From the IMG/VR virus record IMGVR_UViG_3300020413_000018, positions 1-43,130 of that record: a DNA stretch of 43,130 bases; one strand, 5' to 3'. This document shows, one piece after another, positions 37,551 through 43,130 of the stretch (positions are counted from its first letter, which is position 1; every line of letters begins with the position of its first letter). Position numbers and translations under genes: made by a program. Under the pieces are notes generated by a model. It searched no databases. It was not told where the DNA came from and saw only the letters and a program-made list of their open reading frames with translations. Source of the DNA: a virus (taxonomy: Duplodnaviria; Caudoviricetes).

Positions 37551-38978
37551 CTATCCTTTTAATTCTATGATTACACATTGTGCGGGGGTTGCGCTCCAAT
37601 TCCCCCACGGCCCACCACCTTCTGCACCAGTTGGTTGTCCTGTGAAAAGAGGCCAATTTCCTGCGCCAAATATATATATTAGATCGCTTGGCGTATTTCC
37701 AAAATTGCTGCCAGTTGGTCCTTTTTGAGAACCCATACCAGAAAAGATTTGACCGCTATCATAGCCTTCTGCCGTGGGCTTGTTGTTTATTCCCCCCTCT
37801 GGACAATAAAATTCTTTGCCAACATACGGTATCATGGAGATTGAACTACTGTCTCTTGTTGCAGATGCACCACCCGCAGTGGTTGTCCCGTCGTTGCCGC
37901 CAGAACCGCCAGCGTGTCTAGCCCCTATACCAGAGGGGGAACCCGACCACTGTGTGCCATTATCCAGTTTAAATGTGCTTGTTGTGCCGTTTGAAGATGC
38001 GGGTCTGCCGCCTGTTCCTGCGGGTGAACCAGCCCCCGCACCGCCAATAGCTATGCCAGAGCTGTTATTATATCCTACATTACTGTTGGCACGGCCTTGT
38101 CCACCAGCAGCCGCAAAATCGCAACCAACAACCGTTCCGCCAGTAAAATCTCCGCTGCCGCTATACGTTTGGTAATAACCACCAGTTCCTCGCTGCGTGT
38201 ATATATCCACGCCTGTGCCTTGCACGGTCAAACGGCTTGCCGAATTGGGGTTATTAGCTGCGCTTGACGCCTGAAGATAATCACCAGCAATGGTCAGCGT
38301 AGATGGCAGTGATCCTGTGATTAGTTTCTCGCCATAACCAATCCCACCTTGAGGCGAGTTTGAGTATCCAACACCACCAGTTCCATAACCAGCGTAGTTT
38401 TTACCTGAGTGTAAAAGAAGCAGAAGGCCCGTAGCCGCTGCGCTTGTTGTAAATGTAGCGGAATAGCCTGATTGATTTGAGTAAGTTTGCGGGTTGTTAA
38501 ATCTATGAACCGCATTTGCGCTGGATGTGTCGTAGTTTAATGCCCAATGTGTGCTGTCAACACCTATATATAATCCCAATCCCGTAGCCTTAGATAATGG
38601 AACGGGCATTAATACGCCATTGCCGAATACACCGCCACCCGTTGCTCTAACAACGATTTCAGATGCGGTAGTGTTTATAATACCAAAATAAATACCAGCC
38701 GCTGCCGTGGGCAGTTTAATTATTGCACCGCTATTTGTTACATTTACCAAAGAGCCAGATTGACTAGCTGTTAAAACTGTTTCACCGCTGGTGGTTACGT
38801 TTATAACATCCGACAGAAATCCAGCGTTTAAATCAGCCCATTGCGCTGTTCCCGCGCTGGCATAGGTCAGCACTTGTTCTGCTGCGCCGCCGGTCGGAAT
38901 GTGATTGTGACCAGCACCTGTCGGATGAACGTAGGTTGCAAGGTGGCTATTCGTTGCTGCTGTTCTTGCTCGTGTCAT
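37551..38978 (-). CDS. Second tail fibre / receptor-binding protein (475 aa)
   Basis: MTRAR N-terminus, G...QVLT......W linker, LP.AAAG..F motif and a Gly-rich C-terminal domain. Confidence 0.75.
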   Translation of the reverse strand: MTRARTAATNSHLATYVHPTGAGHNHIPTGGAAEQVLTYASAGTAQWADLNAGFLSDVINVTTSGETVLTASQSGSLVNVTNSGAIIKLPTAAAGIYFGIINTTASEIVVRATGGGVFGNGVLMPVPLSKATGLGLYIGVDSTHWALNYDTSSANAVHRFNNPQTYSNQSGYSATFTTSAAATGLLLLLHSGKNYAGYGTGGVGYSNSPQGGIGYGEKLITGSLPSTLTIAGDYLQASSAANNPNSASRLTVQGTGVDIYTQRGTGGYYQTYSGSGDFTGGTVVGCDFAAAGGQGRANSNVGYNNSSGIAIGGAGAGSPAGTGGRPASSNGTTSTFKLDNGTQWSGSPSGIGARHAGGSGGNDGTTTAGGASATRDSSSISMIPYVGKEFYCPEGGINNKPTAEGYDSGQIFSGMGSQKGPTGSNFGNTPSDLIYIFGAGNWPLFTGQPTGAEGGGPWGNWSATPAQCVIIELKG

Positions 38979-41900
38979 TAAATTGACCCCTCCGATAGAT
39001 AAATTTTCGTAGCCGATAAAGCTGTGCCAATTTTATTGGAAGGCCCAACAGAAATTGCTGTGCTTGTCGGAGCAAGACCGTATGGAAATCCCGAAATTAG
39101 GTTTGACTGACTTTCGTTTATACCACCGATAACAGTAACTTTTCCGGTTGCACCGTTGGAAATGTTTTCTTTGGCAAGCCCTACATACGCGGGGGCACTT
39201 GGGTTAGTTAAAGTTATCGATCCACCACTACTTGTCTTAAGTACAATCATTCTATCTATGTCATCGGCATAGCGTACTGGCCCGACTACAGAGTTTGGAG
39301 ATAGAGAAATTTTAGCACCTACATCAACGGATGTACCGTTGACTTTAACTCGTTGAAGCCAATACCCCGGATCACCTGATGAAACATAATAAGATATTAA
39401 TACGGTGTTAGTGCTGCTATCAAAAGCTGCATACATATTACTAGCATCAGCAGCAGCTTCGTTTATAATAACAGGTGTGCCAAAACTTACGTTTGTGCCG
39501 CTTACTGTACCCACTATTACAGTGGGTTTATTGTTAAGAGCGTTAGGTGTCGCCAGAACAATCTTATTACTGTTTGTATCAAAACACGGGTAATATTGGC
39601 TATTTCCTGTTCTAAAGGTGCTTGAAGATGTTGTAGCTCTTGAACCAAAACTAATAGACGTTCCGCTTATTGTTCCAACTTTAGCATAGCTGGCATAAGT
39701 GGGATGTTGGTAAAAGAAAACAACCTTACCAGCATTGCTATCATAGACAGCACCATGACGGTGAGCTGTATCTATGCCAGCATCAAGAAGGTCAGGACTA
39801 TTGAAACTGATAGACGTTCCGCTTGTTGTCAGCACATATACATGACTTTGATAATTACCACTTGCGTATTGCCGAGCCACAACTACCGACTTGTTAGCAC
39901 CGGCGTTTATCATCACGGGATTCATTACGTCGCCATTGGCGTTGTAGGTTCCAGTTGCCAATGAACCGAAAGTCATTGAAGTCCCACTGACAATGCCACT
40001 AACAGCGTACAGCCATTGGTAATTGGAGTATTCTGCAACAAACAGAATATTTGTTCTGCCCGTAGCGGGGTCAAAAGCAGGGGTTGCTTCCCGCGTGTTT
40101 GCTGACCGCGACAATACAGGCGTTCCGAAGGATGCGGTTAAATTTGCCGCTGGTGTAACAACTTCCACATATGACGAGTACCCGCTACCCGGACCTCGCG
40201 AACAAATAATTAATTTATTTGCGGCAGTGTCATAGTCCATGCGAGGCATAGCAGCCATGTTTGATGAGCCGCCATTTAATAAACCACTTTGATTTGGGCT
40301 AACCGCGCTAATAGTGCCGTTAGGATTAAGCCCTACGGGTTGACCCGCTGTAATTGCACCTGTTGCTGTAAACGTCTGTTCGCCGCCGCCTGATGCTTCT
40401 ACCCAGCTAGGCGCAGCACCAGAGCCTCCAGAAGTTAAAACCTGACCGCTTGTGCCGTAGTTTGCACCACCAACACCAAGCTGACCAGCGGAACCAATGT
40501 TAAAACGAGTTGCAGCAGAGGTTTGATTGTAAGGATTTGTACTAAGGTTAATTTCTTGGCCTTCGATTTCAATTCCACGAAGATTTGAAGCAGTTGGCTC
40601 AACGCTTGTTATCGCGTTGAAACCTGACCCAGATGTAGCAATTTGCCCTTTAAGTTTTCGGGAACTATTTATGTTTAAACCCAGTTCCGTTGCAGTCAAT
40701 GTTCCGTTTACAGTTACGCCGCCGCCAAACGTCCCGCCTGCCGATGCTGAGACTGTGTCGCTTACTGAGAACGACTTGAACGCGACTACGGCAAGATGGT
40801 CGCCAGAAGCAGCGGCTGACGCCAAGACAATCGACGAGCCAGTCGTGGCTGTGTAGTCTGAGCCGTTGTCTAGGATGACGCCGTTCAAGCTGACGATTAT
40901 GTTGCCAACCGTGTAAGTCAACGTGGCCGAGTTGTTGTCTGCACCAGTAAATGTAGTCTGGCCTGCGGTGGCCGTATACTCGTAGTCGATCAGACTGGAC
41001 GCCCCTGCACTGGTCGCAGTGATCCAGCTTGAGCCGTCGTAGACTTTCATTGCGTTCGCACTGCTATCGAAAAACAGAGCGCCTGAGACTAGCGCGTTTC
41101 CGTCGTTGTCCGTGGAAGGTTCGGAAGACTTAGAGCCGAGGTAGCGGTCATCGAATGTGTCGAAGGCTGTGGCCGCTGCGCTGGCAGAGTTTGCAGCAGC
41201 GGCTGCCGAATTTGCTGCGGCTGCCGCATTGGATGCCGCCGCCGACATAGTCGAGGCAACGCCAGCGACTGTATTAACAGCGGAAATGTTCGTCGAAACC
41301 GTGTTTACACCTGATATATTCGAGGCAACTGTGCTCAAGTTACTAGACGAAACCGTAATCGTATTGCCCATGCCTACGCCGTGGACCGTGCAGTAGTAAC
41401 TCAAAGAAGAGGGCGCATTGGACGCCACTGTGAGCGTAACAGTCGCACCACTGGAACCGGGCGTGCCGCTTGTTACAACCCCAGTCGTATAGTTGTTGCC
41501 GCTGCCGTCTTTGAAAGCTAATGGATGCCCCGCGTTGGAACTGTCAGACAGATCAAAAGTGTAGGTGTTGCCACGGAAAAAACTAAGCGTTGGAGCCGTC
41601 GTCCCATCAAGGTGATACTTGTTGCTGCCCCCTACAGAGGCCACCGTTACCGCGTATGTGGTGATAGTGCCAAGAGCCGTAGCGAGCGAGTTAATATTGG
41701 TTTGATTTGCCGCCACCGAGTTGATGTTTGAGAGAGAGCCGACAACTGCGGTGACGTTTGCTCCGTCAAAGAACTCTTGGAACTTGCTGGTGTCGAGCGT
41801 GCCAGTCGACGTATGCGCGACGGTGCAAATATAAATGCTTTCGTTCGTCGGAAGGCGAACCATGTCGAGCAACTTGTAGGCTGTGCTAGCCGCGTAGTCT

Positions 41901-42184
41901 CCACGCCAATGAAAAAAGCTCTGGTCAGTATTAAACCAGCCAGACGTAGCGTCGGTGAAAGTGCCAAAGCGAGCCTGAAAGATTGGAGTGCCAGAACTGG
42001 TAGAGACGCGGAACCCAATCGCGTTAGGGTTCAGTTCTCCTGTTGAGCCAAATAGCTCGTCCAGCATTGCAGGAAGCGAAACAGTGCCTTTCTCGCAAGC
42101 CTCTAGGTAGGTGTCGAGATTGTGGGTTCCAGTCTTGGAGGAGCGGAAGCTGATCTGTTCGCCGGTTGGTTTCGTAAACGCCAT
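38978..42184 (-). CDS. Long mosaic tail fibre protein (1068 aa)
   Basis: WRGDY...Y..LDMV motif, cupredoxin-like domain, AAAANS coil, FDDRYLGSK..P..DNDG, YTATAGQTTF and GQVLTSGG motifs, and 6-7 SGTSISFG propeller-like repeats. Confidence 0.85.
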   Translation of the reverse strand: MAFTKPTGEQISFRSSKTGTHNLDTYLEACEKGTVSLPAMLDELFGSTGELNPNAIGFRVSTSSGTPIFQARFGTFTDATSGWFNTDQSFFHWRGDYAASTAYKLLDMVRLPTNESIYICTVAHTSTGTLDTSKFQEFFDGANVTAVVGSLSNINSVAANQTNINSLATALGTITTYAVTVASVGGSNKYHLDGTTAPTLSFFRGNTYTFDLSDSSNAGHPLAFKDGSGNNYTTGVVTSGTPGSSGATVTLTVASNAPSSLSYYCTVHGVGMGNTITVSSSNLSTVASNISGVNTVSTNISAVNTVAGVASTMSAAASNAAAAANSAAAAANSASAAATAFDTFDDRYLGSKSSEPSTDNDGNALVSGALFFDSSANAMKVYDGSSWITATSAGASSLIDYEYTATAGQTTFTGADNNSATLTYTVGNIIVSLNGVILDNGSDYTATTGSSIVLASAAASGDHLAVVAFKSFSVSDTVSASAGGTFGGGVTVNGTLTATELGLNINSSRKLKGQIATSGSGFNAITSVEPTASNLRGIEIEGQEINLSTNPYNQTSAATRFNIGSAGQLGVGGANYGTSGQVLTSGGSGAAPSWVEASGGGEQTFTATGAITAGQPVGLNPNGTISAVSPNQSGLLNGGSSNMAAMPRMDYDTAANKLIICSRGPGSGYSSYVEVVTPAANLTASFGTPVLSRSANTREATPAFDPATGRTNILFVAEYSNYQWLYAVSGIVSGTSMTFGSLATGTYNANGDVMNPVMINAGANKSVVVARQYASGNYQSHVYVLTTSGTSISFNSPDLLDAGIDTAHRHGAVYDSNAGKVVFFYQHPTYASYAKVGTISGTSISFGSRATTSSSTFRTGNSQYYPCFDTNSNKIVLATPNALNNKPTVIVGTVSGTNVSFGTPVIINEAAADASNMYAAFDSSTNTVLISYYVSSGDPGYWLQRVKVNGTSVDVGAKISLSPNSVVGPVRYADDIDRMIVLKTSSGGSITLTNPSAPAYVGLAKENISNGATGKVTVIGGINESQSNLISGFPYGLAPTSTAISVGPSNKIGTALSATKIYLSEGSI

Positions 42185-42210
42185 GTTATATCTTACCTAT
42201 GTCTAAGCGC

Positions 42211-42241
42211 ATTTTAATTGGGTTAAGGCGACAAGTCGTCC
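42211..42241 (-). promoter_or_regulatory. Putative late promoter 2 (tail fibre)
   Basis: GGACGAC-N18-TAAAAT. Confidence 0.7.
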
Positions 42242-42520
42242 TCACTCTTCCATCCCCAACTTTTTCATTAAATTTATGAGTTTGGGTTTTGTCAGAGCAA
42301 ACTTGTCGTCTTCTTTGTAGCGGCCCTCTAAGTGCGAGAGGCGACTGTTTAAGTCGATTTGATTGTACTGGTCGTTCATATTGAAAAGTTTGATAAGGTC
42401 GTCGCGCACCGTTGCGACAGCAGCCCTAGCTGCTTCCTCTGCGACTGCCTTGATGTACTGACGTTGCAAGCCTGTGAGCTTGGTTGAGGCTTCAATGCTG
42501 GCGGCTGTTGGTTTAGTCAT
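42242..42520 (-). CDS. Hypothetical helical protein (92 aa)
   Basis: AAGGAG RBS; immediately follows the portal stop. Confidence 0.65.
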   Translation of the reverse strand: MTKPTAASIEASTKLTGLQRQYIKAVAEEAARAAVATVRDDLIKLFNMNDQYNQIDLNSRLSHLEGRYKEDDKFALTKPKLINLMKKLGMEE

Positions 42521-42521
42521 C

Positions 42522-43130
42522 TTACTCTCCTTGGCGCTTGAGATTGCCAGCTTGGATTTCTTGCTGCATCTGGTCGGCAGGCATTACGCTGGCTCCGCGC
42601 ATACGCTCCATCTGCATCATCTCTTGAGAAGGGGTCATGCCTTGAGCCGCTTCTTTTTCACTAATCTTAAACTGGTCTAAGTCAGACACGCCCATAGATC
42701 GGACAGCCTCTTCAGCTATCTTGCCCATCTTGTATTCCATGTTTAACCCAGTCTGGTTCATCACTTGGAGCATGTTCATCCAAGTCTCAGCAGAGCGGGT
42801 GGGTTCTATCGGGAGAGTTCCATCGACTATGAGGTAGTCTACGTCCCCTTGCAGCATGGATATGTCGAAATCAACGTAGTCATCTTTAATCATACTGGAC
42901 AGTTCACCGGGGCTGTCCGTACCCATGATCCGAAGCGAACCCTCATAGTCGAGCGCGTCTTGCAAGTTACTCACCATCATACGGACCAAGGGGCGTACTG
43001 TTGTCGAAGACATAATACGGGCAATAACCCCCAGCCTTTGTGAGCCAAGCTGCGTTAATCGCTGTATTTCTGTGGCAGATCGTATGCCATCTGCTGTTGG
43101 TACGCCCTGCTGGGCATCACTGGCGGCAGA
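42522..43130 (-). CDS. Portal protein, C-terminal part (5' end outside the window)
   Basis: The frame is open to the window edge (SAASDAQQGVPTADGIRSATEIQ...). It has the (T/S)ATE motif and a Gln/Met-rich C-terminus typical of podovirus portals. Confidence 0.75.
   Translation of the reverse strand, partial: SAASDAQQGVPTADGIRSATEIQRLTQLGSQRLGVIARIMSSTTVRPLVRMMVSNLQDALDYEGSLRIMGTDSPGELSSMIKDDYVDFDISMLQGDVDYLIVDGTLPIEPTRSAETWMNMLQVMNQTGLNMEYKMGKIAEEAVRSMGVSDLDQFKISEKEAAQGMTPSQEMMQMERMRGASVMPADQMQQEIQAGNLKRQGE

Noticed and set aside
41165-41250. GCA/GCC-rich repeat as a DNA repeat element
   Set aside because: It encodes the AAAANS coiled segment of the tail fibre, and synonymous positions vary.
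2356-41604. Other GGACGAC heptamers (near 2356, 4335, 10509, 32124, 41597)
   Set aside because: All are intragenic and none has a -10-like hexamer 18 nt downstream.
41676-41684. Fourth CGCTACGGC copy
   Set aside because: It lies inside tail-fibre coding sequence and its flanks do not form the lower stem.
37551-42184. Diversity-generating retroelement or invertible tail-fibre cassette
   Set aside because: No reverse transcriptase, invertase, template/variable repeat pair or flanking inverted repeats were seen in the window.
9556-43043. Numerous plus-strand ORFs opposite the structural genes
   Set aside because: Shadow ORFs antisense to well-supported genes, with no recognisable motifs.

Overview
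This window is most of a dsDNA tailed-phage genome with short-tailed (podovirus-like) organisation. The host is inferred to be a marine alphaproteobacterium; this is not shown by the sequence. The left arm (1-6.7 kb) is a replication/recombination module split by a divergent promoter region. Leftward genes: Cro-like HTH, Prim-Pol/AAA helicase fusion, HTH-zinc-ribbon protein, partial Holliday-junction resolvase. Rightward genes: Sak4-like ATPase, SSB-like protein, Cas4-like nuclease, dNMP kinase. From 6.6 kb to the right end, all genes are on the minus strand. In transcription order they are: partial portal, two tail fibres plus chaperone, scaffold, major capsid protein, adaptor, nozzle, a further tail protein, an internal-virion cluster containing two tandem GNAT acyltransferases, a ~4110-aa polyvalent-type protein with zincin and ART-like motifs, and a lysis cassette. 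I recognised no DNA polymerase, RNA polymerase, integrase, terminase, tRNA or CRISPR array. The strongest non-obvious signals are: (i) four intergenic late-promoter candidates GGACGA(C/A)-N18-(-10 box), two interlocked with terminators, with an HTH-Zn protein as candidate activator; (ii) a covarying C(UACG)G hairpin present three times before the scaffold and capsid genes; (iii) a GNAT pair placed before genes for ejection-type proteins with Cys/Gly N-termini and shared C-terminal motifs; (iv) a type-1-copper-like motif in a tail fibre. All family assignments come from motif recognition by eye; no database search was run.
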